Shown piece by piece: positions 26,417 through 35,548 of a stretch of DNA of 62,265 bases. Positions within the stretch are counted from its first letter, which is position 1. The number at the start of each line of letters is the position of its first letter. The stretch is from Pirellulales bacterium (lineage in GTDB: Bacteria > Planctomycetota > Planctomycetia > Pirellulales > UBA1268), in the NCBI GenBank assembly GCA_044358905.1, contig JBIKND010000002.1, forward strand, positions 1 to 62,265, in the 5' to 3' direction. The notes below the pieces were generated by a model. It made no database searches and was not told where the DNA came from. It worked only from the letters and a program-made list of their open reading frames with translations. Both the position numbers and the translations under genes were made by a program.

Positions 26417-26525
26417 ACGCGCCCGCCTGCCCGGGCGAGTGGGCTTCACCGCCACTGACGGGCCTGCTATCTCCTCGCGGCCGCAGTTTCCAGCCGCCGT
26501 TGGCGGCCGCCCCGGGGTTGTCATC

Positions 26526-28874
26526 ATGTCCGAGCAAGAACGTCCATCGCGACAGAGTCTGGTCGTGCCCCCGCGGCATTCGCCCGTGCCTGTCGTGCTC
26601 GGGGCACTGGGCTGCGGCGCCGTGGGCTTCGGTCTCGTGTGGGCGCTCGGCATCGGTCGCCCGGCGACCGGAGCCAGGGACATCGCCGCGCAGATTCAGG
26701 CGCCGGTTGCGGAGGCTGCGCCGCCTGAATCGCCCGCCGAGCCGGCGCCGTTTCCCGGCAGCGACGAAACCATGCGCGAACTTCCGGCCGACCGCTGGCA
26801 GCCGCGCGGGTCGGCCGCCGCGGAGCCGCCGTCCACCGCTGATCGCTACGCCCGTCCGGCGTCGTTCGAACTGTCCGACGCGGTGGTCACCGTCTCCGGT
26901 GAGGAGCGGCCGCTGTCGCGGTTCTCCGCGACGGACGTGCCGCCCATGCCGACGGAGCCAGCGGGCGACGAGCAACCGGCCGCAGCACCGGTCACTGAAC
27001 CGTCCACCACCGTCCCGGCTCCCGCCGCGACCGACATCGATCTCCCGCCAGCCGCGGCGGAGACGGTCACTGCCCCGATGGCGGAGCCGACCGCGACCGA
27101 CGGCGCCTCCGAGCCGCCCCCGGCCGAAGAGGCCCGCGCTGCTGCCGATGGCGAGGACGCCGGCGATCTTCCGGCTGACACCCGCGCGGCCAGGACGGCC
27201 CCCGATCCGCCGTTCGCGTCTCCGTTCGCCGCGGCACCCGCGGCACCCCTGCCGCCGGCTGCCTTGCCACCCGCGATTCCCGATCACCCACCGGCCCGAC
27301 CCGCGGTGCCCGACCACCCGGCGCCTCCGCCGCCGAGCGTGCGCGGCGCCACGGCCGCCGTGCCCTACGCCGCCGCGCCGCCGATGGTGCCGGGCGCGTT
27401 TGCCGGCAGCCCGCCGCCCGCGGGAGCCGGACCGCCGCGCCCCGTCGCGGTCGGTCAGGGGCGGCCCGGCCCGCTGCAGCTCGAGGGCATCCAAACTCCG
27501 CAGCTCGCCGTCGAAAAGCGTGGGCCGCGCGAGGTGCAGGTGGGCAAGCCGGCCCGCTACGAGATCCTGGTGCGCAATGTGGGCAGCGCGACGGCCCATG
27601 ACGTGACGCTGCGCGACGCGATCCCCTTCGGCACCGCGTTGGTCACCACCGCGCCGCCGGCCAGCCCGGTGACGGCGGCGACAGGCACCGAATCCGAAGG
27701 CGAACTAATCTGGGCCCTGGGGACGCTCGATCCCGGCGGGCAGGCCCGCGTCGTCATGGAGGTCATGCCTCAGGAAGAGGGCGAGATCGGCAGCATCGCG
27801 AGCGTGAGTTTTCGGGCCGATGCCTCGATCCGCTCCCGGGCCACCAAGCCCGCGCTGCGAATCGAGGCCACGGAGCCGAAGCCGGTGCTGATCGGTCGCG
27901 ACACCCAGCTCACGATCACCGTGAGCAATCCGGGCAGCGGCGTCGCCACCGGCGTGGTGCTCGAAGGGTTCCTGCCGGAGAACGTCTCGCACCGCGCCGG
28001 CAGCGAACTGGAGTTCGATGTCGGGCAATTGCGGCCCGGCGAGTCGCGGACGATCGATCTCGTGCTCGGCACGCGCGGGCCCGGCGTGCAGATGGCCCGG
28101 TTCGCCGCCCGGGCCGACGGCGGCGTGGATGCCGAGAAGACGACAAAACTGGAGGTCACGGCCCCGACGTTGGAACTGGCGGTCGACATGCCGTTGCGTC
28201 GGTTCCTGCAGCGGCCGGCCACCTGCTCGATCGCGATGGTGAATGCCGGCACGGCACCGGCGCGGGCGGTCGAACTCGCCGCGCAGCTGCCGCCGGGTAT
28301 GAAGTTCGTGCGGGCCAACAACGCCGGCTGGCACGACGAGCGCACCCATCGGGTGCTGTGGAATCTCGAGGAACTGCCGCCCGGCGAGACCGGCACGGTC
28401 GAGGTGGTGGTGATGCCGGTGGCGCTGGGGCCGCAGAAGATCATGGCCGCGGCCCGCAGTGCCGACGGCCTGGCCGACCAGGTGGCCCACGTCTGCGAGG
28501 TGGAGGGGCTCGCGGCGGTGAGCTTCGAGGTCATGGACAGCGAGGATCCGATCGAGGTCGACGGCGTGACCGAATACGTCGTCCGCGTGGGCAACCAGGG
28601 CACGAAGCCGGCGACGGGCGTCCGTGTGACGGCCAGCCTGCTCGGCGACCTGGAGCCGGTCGAGGCCCAGGGGCCGGCGGGGCACCGCGTGGAGAACCGC
28701 GCGGTCGTCTTCGAACCGCTCGTGAAACTCGCCCCCTCCGAGGAAGCGGTGTTCAGGATCCGCGCCCGCGGCCGTCGGGCCGGCGACCAGCGGGTCCAGG
28801 TGCAGGTCGTCAGCGAAGACCACGCCGCCCCGATCACCAAGGAAGAGATCACGCGGGTCTACGACGATCGCTGA
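26526..28874 (+). CDS. Membrane-anchored protein with long Pro/Ala-rich spacer and multiple DUF11-type repeat domains
   Basis: ATG at 26526. TM segment PVPVVLGALGCGAVGFGLVWALG. About 270 aa of Pro/Ala-rich sequence. Then repeated Ig-like modules with the DUF11 pattern (VGKPARYEILVRNVGSATAHDVTLRDAIP; LTITVSNPGSGVATGVVLEGFLP; CSIAMVNAGTAPARAVELAAQLP; YVVRVGNQGTKPATGVRVTASL). Confidence 0.75.
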   Translation: MSEQERPSRQSLVVPPRHSPVPVVLGALGCGAVGFGLVWALGIGRPATGARDIAAQIQAPVAEAAPPESPAEPAPFPGSDETMRELPADRWQPRGSAAAEPPSTADRYARPASFELSDAVVTVSGEERPLSRFSATDVPPMPTEPAGDEQPAAAPVTEPSTTVPAPAATDIDLPPAAAETVTAPMAEPTATDGASEPPPAEEARAAADGEDAGDLPADTRAARTAPDPPFASPFAAAPAAPLPPAALPPAIPDHPPARPAVPDHPAPPPPSVRGATAAVPYAAAPPMVPGAFAGSPPPAGAGPPRPVAVGQGRPGPLQLEGIQTPQLAVEKRGPREVQVGKPARYEILVRNVGSATAHDVTLRDAIPFGTALVTTAPPASPVTAATGTESEGELIWALGTLDPGGQARVVMEVMPQEEGEIGSIASVSFRADASIRSRATKPALRIEATEPKPVLIGRDTQLTITVSNPGSGVATGVVLEGFLPENVSHRAGSELEFDVGQLRPGESRTIDLVLGTRGPGVQMARFAARADGGVDAEKTTKLEVTAPTLELAVDMPLRRFLQRPATCSIAMVNAGTAPARAVELAAQLPPGMKFVRANNAGWHDERTHRVLWNLEELPPGETGTVEVVVMPVALGPQKIMAAARSADGLADQVAHVCEVEGLAAVSFEVMDSEDPIEVDGVTEYVVRVGNQGTKPATGVRVTASLLGDLEPVEAQGPAGHRVENRAVVFEPLVKLAPSEEAVFRIRARGRRAGDQRVQVQVVSEDHAAPITKEEITRVYDDR

Positions 28875-28890
28875 AGTTTTCCGTGCGTCG

Positions 28891-29020
28891 GGGGTGCCCC
28901 CACCACGTCTCCGGACGTTCACTCCGGACCTCCGGTCCTTCGTTCACTGCATGTCCGCGGCGCTTCGGCATCCATGCCTGCGCTTGCTCCCATAGCCCGG
29001 CGACATGGTGAGGGCACCCC
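28891..29020. repeat. Imperfect 19-nt inverted repeat pair flanking about 92 nt (intergenic)
   Basis: ggggtgcccccaccacgtc (28891-28909) versus the reverse complement of gacatggtgagggcacccc (29002-29020), 17/19 match. Confidence 0.5.
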
Positions 29021-29174
29021 CTCCTGAATGCTCTCACGCATGAGTTTCTTGGATTGAGCCACTGGTTTTCGGTCGAGGGGATGGACTCGGGCGGCCTGTG
29101 CTCCGTATTCTCTTTCATACGGGCAGGGCAGGACGCATCCGGAACACTCGCGTTTCGGAAGGGAATACTCTCGA

Positions 29175-31424
29175 ATGGAGTTCGCCATGCCCCGCCACCG
29201 CAGCATTCGCACGATTGTTCCTCGAGGCCGGCGCGGTCTCTTCTCCGAGCGGCTCGAGCCACGGCTGTTGTTGGCCGCCGACGTGGACGGCGTGACCACG
29301 CTGGCTTGGGACGGCCGCACCGTGGTCGCCCGTGCCGACGCGTGGATCGTGAACCCCGGCACGGCAGGCCTCGCCCTGCGGCCAGGGTGGACGAGCCGCT
29401 CGCTGGGCGAAGGCATGTTCAGCGTCACGGCACCCGGAACGGCGGCGGCCGAGATCCGCGGCTGGGCCGCCACCGCGGGCGTGCGGTCGGTGGAGCCCGA
29501 CGCCATCATCACCGGTGCCGCGCTGCCCAATGACCCGTCCTTCAGCCGGCTGTGGGGCCTGCACAACACCGGCCAGACGGGCGGTCTCGCCGACGCCGAC
29601 CTCGACGCTCCCGAAGCCTGGGACGTGACCACGGGATCGCGGTCGGTGGTCGTGGCCGTCGTGGACACCGGGATCGACTACCGCCATCCCGACCTCGCCG
29701 CGAACATGTGGCGGAATCCCGGCGAGGTGGCCGGCGACGGGATCGACAACGACCGCAACGGCTTCGTGGACGACGTCCACGGGTGGGACTTCGCCAACAA
29801 CGACGCCGATCCGTTCGACGACGAGGGTCACGGCACGCACGTGGCCGGCACGATCGGCGCGGTGGGCAACAACGGCGTGGGCGTGACGGGCGTGGCCTGG
29901 AACGTGTCGCTGATGGGACTCAAGTTCCTGGGCGCGGACGGCAGCGGCACGACGAGCGCCGCGATCGCCGCGCTCAACTACGCCACGCGGATGCGGCGGG
30001 ATTTCGGCGTCAACGTCGTCGCCACCAACAACAGTTGGGGCGGCGGCGGGGCGTCGACGGCCCTCCGCGACGCGGTCGTGGCCGGCGAGACCGCGGGCAT
30101 CGTGTGCGTGGCCGCCGCCGGGAACGAGACGGCCAACAACGATTCCACGCCCTCCTTCCCCGGCAACTACGCCACGCTCTCGGTGGCGGCGACCGACGCC
30201 TCCAACCGCCTCGCGTCGTTCTCGAACTACGGTGCCACGACCGTGGACGTCGCGGCGCCCGGCGTCGGTATTTACTCGACCGTGCCCAACGGGGCCTATG
30301 CGTCCTACAGCGGCACGTCGATGGCGACGCCGCAGGTTTCGGGAGTCGTGGCGCTGCTGAAGGCGGCCAATCCGCAGGCGACGGTGAGCCAGGTCCGCGC
30401 GGCCATCCTTTCCACCGCCGTGCCGGTGCCGGCGCTGGCCGGCAAGGTGGCGACGGGCGGACTGATCAACGCCGCTGCCGCCGTGGCCGCGATCGGTGGC
30501 ACGGCGCCGCCTCCGCCCGCGGCCGCGCCGCTGGCGGACGTGGTCGACGTCACGCCCGACCCGCGGACCACGGCCGTCGCGGCGGTGGTCGTGCAGTTCG
30601 ACCGGGCCGTGACGGGGTTCGATCTGGCGGACGTGACCCTGACCCGCGACGGGGCGGCGGTGTCGCTCGCCGGGGCGACGGTGACGACGAGCGACAACGT
30701 CCGCTGGACGATCGACGGCCTGACGGTGGCCACCACGTCGGCTGGGAGTTACGTGCTCACCGTCGCTGCGTCCGGCAGCGGGATCACGGCGGTCAACGGC
30801 GGCACGGCCCTGGCGGCCCCCGCCTCCGATGCCTGGGTGACGCAGGCTGCCACGCTCGTGGACGCCGGCGACACGCTCGCCACGGCAGCGGTGGTGGGGA
30901 CGACGTCAGGCGAGATCCGCCTCTCGGGCACGATCGGCGACGGTTCGTTCACGACCCGCGACGTCGATCTCTACCGGGTCACGCTGGCCCGCGGACAGAC
31001 GCTCGTGATCGACGTCGATGCCGCTTCCCTGTCTGGCGGCTCCACGCTCGACAGCTACGTCCGGCTCTTCAACGCGTCGGGCAAGCAGCTCGCCGCGAAC
31101 GACGACTCGGGCGGGTCGCTCGACAGCTACCTGGCCGTTCGCGTCTCGGCCGCCGGCACCTACTACGTGGGCGTGTCGGGCTACGGGAACGGCTCCTACT
31201 CGCCCACCCGCGCCGGTTCCGGCCGCTCGGGCTCGACGGGCGCGTACCAGGTGCGGCTCGCGTTTTCGGCCACGACGGCGGGCAAAACCATCGGCTCGGC
31301 AGGGCGGCGGGACGCGGCCAGTCCGCCCGCGCTGGCATCGGCCTTCGCGATGTACGGCGTCAACTGGCAGGCCGCGCTCCCGGCGGCCACCGTACCGAAC
31401 CGCGTTCGCCGGATCGGCTGCTGA
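29175..31424 (+). CDS. Secreted subtilisin-family (S8) serine peptidase with C-terminal pre-peptidase (PPC)-like domain
   Basis: Catalytic triad motifs VAVVDTGIDYRHPDL (Asp), HGTHVAGTIGA (His), GTSMATPQVSG (Ser). C-terminal DVDLYRVTLARGQTLVIDVDA...YYVGVSGYGN resembles PPC domains. N-terminal RGLFSERLEPRLLLA motif. Confidence 0.9.
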   Translation: MEFAMPRHRSIRTIVPRGRRGLFSERLEPRLLLAADVDGVTTLAWDGRTVVARADAWIVNPGTAGLALRPGWTSRSLGEGMFSVTAPGTAAAEIRGWAATAGVRSVEPDAIITGAALPNDPSFSRLWGLHNTGQTGGLADADLDAPEAWDVTTGSRSVVVAVVDTGIDYRHPDLAANMWRNPGEVAGDGIDNDRNGFVDDVHGWDFANNDADPFDDEGHGTHVAGTIGAVGNNGVGVTGVAWNVSLMGLKFLGADGSGTTSAAIAALNYATRMRRDFGVNVVATNNSWGGGGASTALRDAVVAGETAGIVCVAAAGNETANNDSTPSFPGNYATLSVAATDASNRLASFSNYGATTVDVAAPGVGIYSTVPNGAYASYSGTSMATPQVSGVVALLKAANPQATVSQVRAAILSTAVPVPALAGKVATGGLINAAAAVAAIGGTAPPPPAAAPLADVVDVTPDPRTTAVAAVVVQFDRAVTGFDLADVTLTRDGAAVSLAGATVTTSDNVRWTIDGLTVATTSAGSYVLTVAASGSGITAVNGGTALAAPASDAWVTQAATLVDAGDTLATAAVVGTTSGEIRLSGTIGDGSFTTRDVDLYRVTLARGQTLVIDVDAASLSGGSTLDSYVRLFNASGKQLAANDDSGGSLDSYLAVRVSAAGTYYVGVSGYGNGSYSPTRAGSGRSGSTGAYQVRLAFSATTAGKTIGSAGRRDAASPPALASAFAMYGVNWQAALPAATVPNRVRRIGC

Positions 31425-31431
31425 ACAACGC

Positions 31432-31614
31432 CAGAGCGTATCTCGTTTTGTTGTTGTGACGAGGTAGCAGTTTTCGTGAGGTAGGCGAGGGGGTCAGCGA
31501 ACGCTCGAGGAGCGTGGGGCGTATCCTCGCCCCAGCGAGAATCTGAAAGACCGCGAAGCGGCGACTTTTGCCGCCCCCGCGCCGGTGCTACACCAACGTC
31601 GGCTGCGCTTTACC
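31432..31614 (-). repeat. Intergenic structured repeat, family 1, copy d
   Basis: Shares its left terminus (CAGAGCGTATCTCGTTTTGTTGT...), the GGTAGGCGAGGGGGTCAGCGAACGCTCGAGGAGCGT core, and its right terminus (TTTGCCGCCCCCGCGCCGGTGCTACACCAACGTCGGCTGCGCTTTACC) with copies a and f. The right end contains the pheT stop TTA (31610-31612). Confidence 0.8.
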
Positions 31615-33667
31615 GCCGTAGTTCGGCGCCGATCTCGCGGCCGCAGGCGGCCACGATCGCGTCGATCGCCCGCGCCGCCTCCTCGCCCGAGAGCGTCCCG
31701 GAGTCGCTCCGCAGCCGGACCGCCACGAGAAAGCTCTTCTTTCCAGCCCCCAGCCGCTCGGCATCCTCCCAGACCTGGACGAGCCGGCAGGCGTCGAGCA
31801 AGGGGCCGGCGGCGGCACGGATCGTCATCTGGACCCGGGCCCACGGCACGTCGGCGGCCACGACGAGGTTGATGTCGCGTTCCACGGCGGGAAAGTCGCT
31901 GGGGCGTTCGAGCGCCACAGTGCGCTCCACCGCGAACGTGAGCCGGTCGAGCCGCAGTTCCAAAAGCACGAGCGGACCTTCGAGCGCGTGACGGCGGAGT
32001 TGGGCCGGCGCGGCCTCGCCGACGACGCCCACGCGGCAAGGCTCGTGTCCCGGCCGTGCGAGCACGATCTCGGCTCCCCGGCCGCGGGCGAAGAGATCGA
32101 GGTCGAGCGGTCGGTAGGCGACGGTGGCCGCGGCCGAGCGGTCGTCGATGCCGAGCCGGGCGAGGACGGCGTCGGCCAAGCCCTTGCCGCGAAAGAAGCC
32201 GCCCCCGGCGACGCAGCCGAGCAGGAGCGGCTCCTCCGCCGGACTCGCCTCCGGCTCGGTGGAGGCGGGCCGCGCCAGGTAGGCGCGGGCGATTTCGAAG
32301 AGGTCGGCGTCGGCCGTGCCCACGGCCACGTTGCCGGCCCGGGCCTCGAGCAGGCTCGGCAGGATCGTGCGCCGTAGGCGGTCGGCCCCGCGCACCAGGG
32401 CCGGCGAGATCACGAGCGGCTCCGCAGTGCCCCACGGGCTGGCCGTCTCCTCGAGCGGCGCAGCCACGACGCTCCGGGTCATGGCTTCGCAGAAGCCTGC
32501 GGCCACCATGACTTCGCCCGCGGCGCGGATCGTCCGCTCGCGGGGCGACCACTCCACCGGTCGGGCCGGGACGGCCACGTTCTCGGGCACGCAGTCATAA
32601 CCTTCGATCCGGGCGACCTCCTCGACGAGGTCGATCTCGCGCCAGGCGTCCCGCCGCCAGGTCGGCGCCCGCCACCGGTTCGGTGCCTGCGGATCGGCGA
32701 CGAAGCCGAGGCCCGTGAGAATCTCCCGCTGCCGCTGCGACGGCACCTCGATGCCGAGCACCTCCGCCACGCGGCCGGGATCGAGCGGGATCGAGGCCGG
32801 CGTGCACGCCAGCCGGCCCGCTTCCACGGCCCCGGCCTCGAGGGCGCCGCCTGCCAGATCGAGGATCAGGGCCGCCGCCCGGCGGCTCGCCCAGTCGACC
32901 ATCGCGGGATCGGGTCCGCGCTCGAAGCGATAGGAGGAACCGCTCGCCAGCACGAGGCCGCGGGCCGCGGCCCGCACCGGCAGCGGCGCGAACTGCGCCG
33001 ACTCGAGAAGGATGTCGGTCGTGTCGGCGGTGATTTCCGTGTCGGCCCCCCCCATCACGCCGGCCAGCGCCACGGGCCGCTCCGCATCGGCGATCACGCA
33101 CATCCGGTCGGTCAGGTCGTAGGTCTTGTGGTTGATCGCCCGAAACGGCTCGCCAGCCACGGCGCGACGGACGACGATCCGGCCACCGCGCAGCTTCGCC
33201 AGGTCGAACGCGTGGAGCGGCTGGCCCGCCTCGAGCATCACGTAGTTGGTCACGTCCACCACGTTGTTGACGCTCGCCACTCCCACCGTCCGCAGCCGGT
33301 CGACGAGCCATCGTGGGCTCGGGCCGATTCGCGCGCCGCGGATGACCCGGGCGGTGTAGAAGGGGCAGATGTCGGCGGCCTGGATCTCGACGGCCACGCT
33401 CCGCGCGGCGAGCACGGATCCCTCCAGGGGCCGCGGGTCGGGGACGTGCAGCGGCCGTCCGCACAGCAGCGCCGCTTCGCGGGCCACGCCGATGTGGCCG
33501 AGGCAGTCGGGCCGATTGCTCGTGACCTCGATCTCCACCGCCTCGTCGTCGCCCACGGCCGTGGTCGACTCGTGGTTCAGGCCGGCCATCAGCAACCGCT
33601 CGACGAGGTCGGCGGTCTTGCCGGGGAACTGCACGTAGTCGGCGAGCCAGTTCTTGGAGATGATCAT
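31610..33667 (-). CDS. pheT: Phenylalanine--tRNA ligase beta subunit
   Basis: 685 aa. N-terminus MIISKNWLADYV is typical of PheT. B3/4, B5 and FDX-ACB regions are recognisable. Lies immediately downstream of pheS with a 4-nt gap. Confidence 0.93.
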   Translation of the reverse strand: MIISKNWLADYVQFPGKTADLVERLLMAGLNHESTTAVGDDEAVEIEVTSNRPDCLGHIGVAREAALLCGRPLHVPDPRPLEGSVLAARSVAVEIQAADICPFYTARVIRGARIGPSPRWLVDRLRTVGVASVNNVVDVTNYVMLEAGQPLHAFDLAKLRGGRIVVRRAVAGEPFRAINHKTYDLTDRMCVIADAERPVALAGVMGGADTEITADTTDILLESAQFAPLPVRAAARGLVLASGSSYRFERGPDPAMVDWASRRAAALILDLAGGALEAGAVEAGRLACTPASIPLDPGRVAEVLGIEVPSQRQREILTGLGFVADPQAPNRWRAPTWRRDAWREIDLVEEVARIEGYDCVPENVAVPARPVEWSPRERTIRAAGEVMVAAGFCEAMTRSVVAAPLEETASPWGTAEPLVISPALVRGADRLRRTILPSLLEARAGNVAVGTADADLFEIARAYLARPASTEPEASPAEEPLLLGCVAGGGFFRGKGLADAVLARLGIDDRSAAATVAYRPLDLDLFARGRGAEIVLARPGHEPCRVGVVGEAAPAQLRRHALEGPLVLLELRLDRLTFAVERTVALERPSDFPAVERDINLVVAADVPWARVQMTIRAAAGPLLDACRLVQVWEDAERLGAGKKSFLVAVRLRSDSGTLSGEEAARAIDAIVAACGREIGAELRR

Positions 33668-33671
33668 CGCT

Positions 33672-34691
33672 TCAGAACTGCCTCAGGAACCGGACGTCGT
33701 TGCGATAAAAGTCGCGGATGTCGGCGACGCCGTAGCGGCGGGCGGCGATCCGCTCGACGCCGAGGCCGAAGGCGAATCCCGACACCTGATCCGGGTCGTA
33801 GCCCACCGCCTCGAGCACGGCGGGATCGACCATGCCGGCGCCGCCCATCTCGATCCAGCGGCCGCCCCACTCCATGTCCACCTCGACGCTCGGCTCGGTG
33901 AAGGGGAAGAACGAGGGCCGGAACCGCACGTGCACGTCGCCGCCCAGGAAGCTCGAGGCGAACAGCCGCAGCACGCTCTTGAGGTGGGCCATGGTGGTGC
34001 CGGGCTCGATGAGCAGTCCCTCCACCTGATGGAACATCGGGTAGTGGGTGGCGTCGGCGGTGTCGGGCCGATAGACGCGGCCCAGCGACACGATCCGCAG
34101 CGGCGGCTCGCGGTTCTCCATGACGCGGATCTGCACGGTGCTCGTCTGCGAACGGAGTAGGAGCGGGTCGGCCCCGCGGGCGACGGCGAGGTAGAAGTTG
34201 TCGAGCGGGTCGCGGGCGGGGTGCTCGGCGGGGATGGCGAGGGCCTCGAAGTTGTGCCACTGATCCTCGACCTCCGGGCCGTCCACGCTCTCGAAGCCGA
34301 GACGGCCCATGATCTCCTGCACCCGCCGGATGGTCTGCGTGAGCGGGTGGAAGTGGCCCAGCGGCACGTGCTCGCCCGGCAGCGTGACGTCGATGCCGCC
34401 GGCATCGGCGTCGCAGCCTCCGCCGGCGAGCCGGTCTTGGGCGGCGGCCAGCAGGTCGGCGATCGTCGTCTTCGTCTCGTTGAAGTGCCGCCCGCCGGCG
34501 GGCTTGTCGTCGACGGCGAGGCTGCCGAGGAGTTTCTGGATCGCCTTCAGCCGACCAGCCCGGGCGCCGACGAACTCGACCCGCGCCGCCTCGAGGGCCG
34601 CGGCGTCGGCCGCCGCGGAGAGGGCGGCGGCCGCGTCGGACCGCAGCGATTCCAGTTCGGCGAGGAACGTGGCGAGCGGGACGGCTGTCAC
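33672..34691 (-). CDS. pheS: Phenylalanine--tRNA ligase alpha subunit
   Basis: Class II aaRS motifs ([32 protein letters not shown]). Position is between rplT and pheT. Confidence 0.95.
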   Translation of the reverse strand: MTAVPLATFLAELESLRSDAAAALSAAADAAALEAARVEFVGARAGRLKAIQKLLGSLAVDDKPAGGRHFNETKTTIADLLAAAQDRLAGGGCDADAGGIDVTLPGEHVPLGHFHPLTQTIRRVQEIMGRLGFESVDGPEVEDQWHNFEALAIPAEHPARDPLDNFYLAVARGADPLLLRSQTSTVQIRVMENREPPLRIVSLGRVYRPDTADATHYPMFHQVEGLLIEPGTTMAHLKSVLRLFASSFLGGDVHVRFRPSFFPFTEPSVEVDMEWGGRWIEMGGAGMVDPAVLEAVGYDPDQVSGFAFGLGVERIAARRYGVADIRDFYRNDVRFLRQF

Positions 34692-34695
34692 GGCG

Positions 34696-35073
34696 TCACG
34701 CGACCGCGGCCGGCTCCGGCAGGCCGAGGGCCTTGCGAACGGCGGCGACGACCGTGTCGAAGCCGGTGGGATCGACGACGGCCATTTCGGCGAGCGTGCG
34801 GCGATCGAGCTCGCAGCCGATCTTCTCGAGGCCGGCGATCAGCTGGCTGTAGCGAAGCCCGCGCTCGCGAACGGCGGCATTGATGCGAACGATCCACAGC
34901 CGGCGGAAGTCGCGCTTCTTGCGGCGTCGGTCGCGGTGGGCGTAGACACCGGCCCGGACGATCGATTCCTTGGCGGTCCGCAGGAGGCGGCGCCGACCGC
35001 CCACCGAGCCCTTCACTCGCTTGAAGAGCCGCTTCTTGGCGCGGAGACGGGGAACGACGCTCTTGGTACGCAT
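34696..35073 (-). CDS. rplT: 50S ribosomal protein L20
   Basis: [22 protein letters not shown]...[24 protein letters not shown] is unmistakable L20. Confidence 0.97.
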   Translation of the reverse strand: MRTKSVVPRLRAKKRLFKRVKGSVGGRRRLLRTAKESIVRAGVYAHRDRRRKKRDFRRLWIVRINAAVRERGLRYSQLIAGLEKIGCELDRRTLAEMAVVDPTGFDTVVAAVRKALGLPEPAAVA

Positions 35074-35184
35074 GGGCGGAAACCTTCCGGACGGTCAGGG
35101 GGATGGGTGAGCAAATTTCCCTTGAATCTGGCGAAATGCAAGGGGTGTCGATGTTTCCCACGGCATGAGCGAGATGAGCGAGCC

Positions 35185-35275
35185 CAAACCGGCCGGGGAC
35201 GGCATGAGTTGCGTCGCCGGCGAAGGTCCGCCAGGCTCCGCATCCTCACGCCGATCCCCTTGCCTCCCCCGCTCC
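35185..35275 (+). repeat. Intergenic structured repeat, family 1 (subfamily 2), copy e (core only), inside the rpmI-rplT spacer
   Basis: ggcatgagttgcgtcgccggcgaaggtccgccaggctccgcatcctcacgccgatccccttgcctcccc is about 95% identical to copy b (10661-10730). Confidence 0.75.
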
Positions 35276-35313
35276 GGCAAGGAGCCGGCAGGAGGCAGGG
35301 AGTGGTGGGGCGG

Positions 35314-35517
35314 TCAGTAGCTGTACTTGCCGAGCGCCTCGTGGATCTTGAGGGTGTCGGCCTTCGCCAGCACGCCGGTGCCGCGGAGGTTGCGCTTCCG
35401 CTTGCTGGTGAGCCGCACCTGGAGGTGGCTCGTGCCCGCGCGGCGGTGCTTCACCTTGCCCTTCGCGGTGATCCGGAAACGCTTCTTCACGCCCTTGTGG
35501 GTTTTCTGCTTCGGCAT
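35314..35517 (-). CDS. rpmI: 50S ribosomal protein L35
   Basis: MPKQKTHKGVKKRFRITAKGKVKHRRAGTSHL... is canonical L35. 67 aa. Confidence 0.97.
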   Translation of the reverse strand: MPKQKTHKGVKKRFRITAKGKVKHRRAGTSHLQVRLTSKRKRNLRGTGVLAKADTLKIHEALGKYSY

Positions 35518-35548
35518 CGGAATCTCCTTTGGCTCTTCGGCTGCGGGT

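Noticed and set aside
23920-26683. ORFs 23920..25713 (+), 24632..26683 (-) and 26103..27599 (-) of 500-680 aa
   Set aside because: They overlap the 755-aa gene, the Ftr gene and the DUF11 gene in antisense or other frames. Their composition is Arg/Gly/Pro-biased. The Ftr frame is validated by collinearity with archaeal Ftr.
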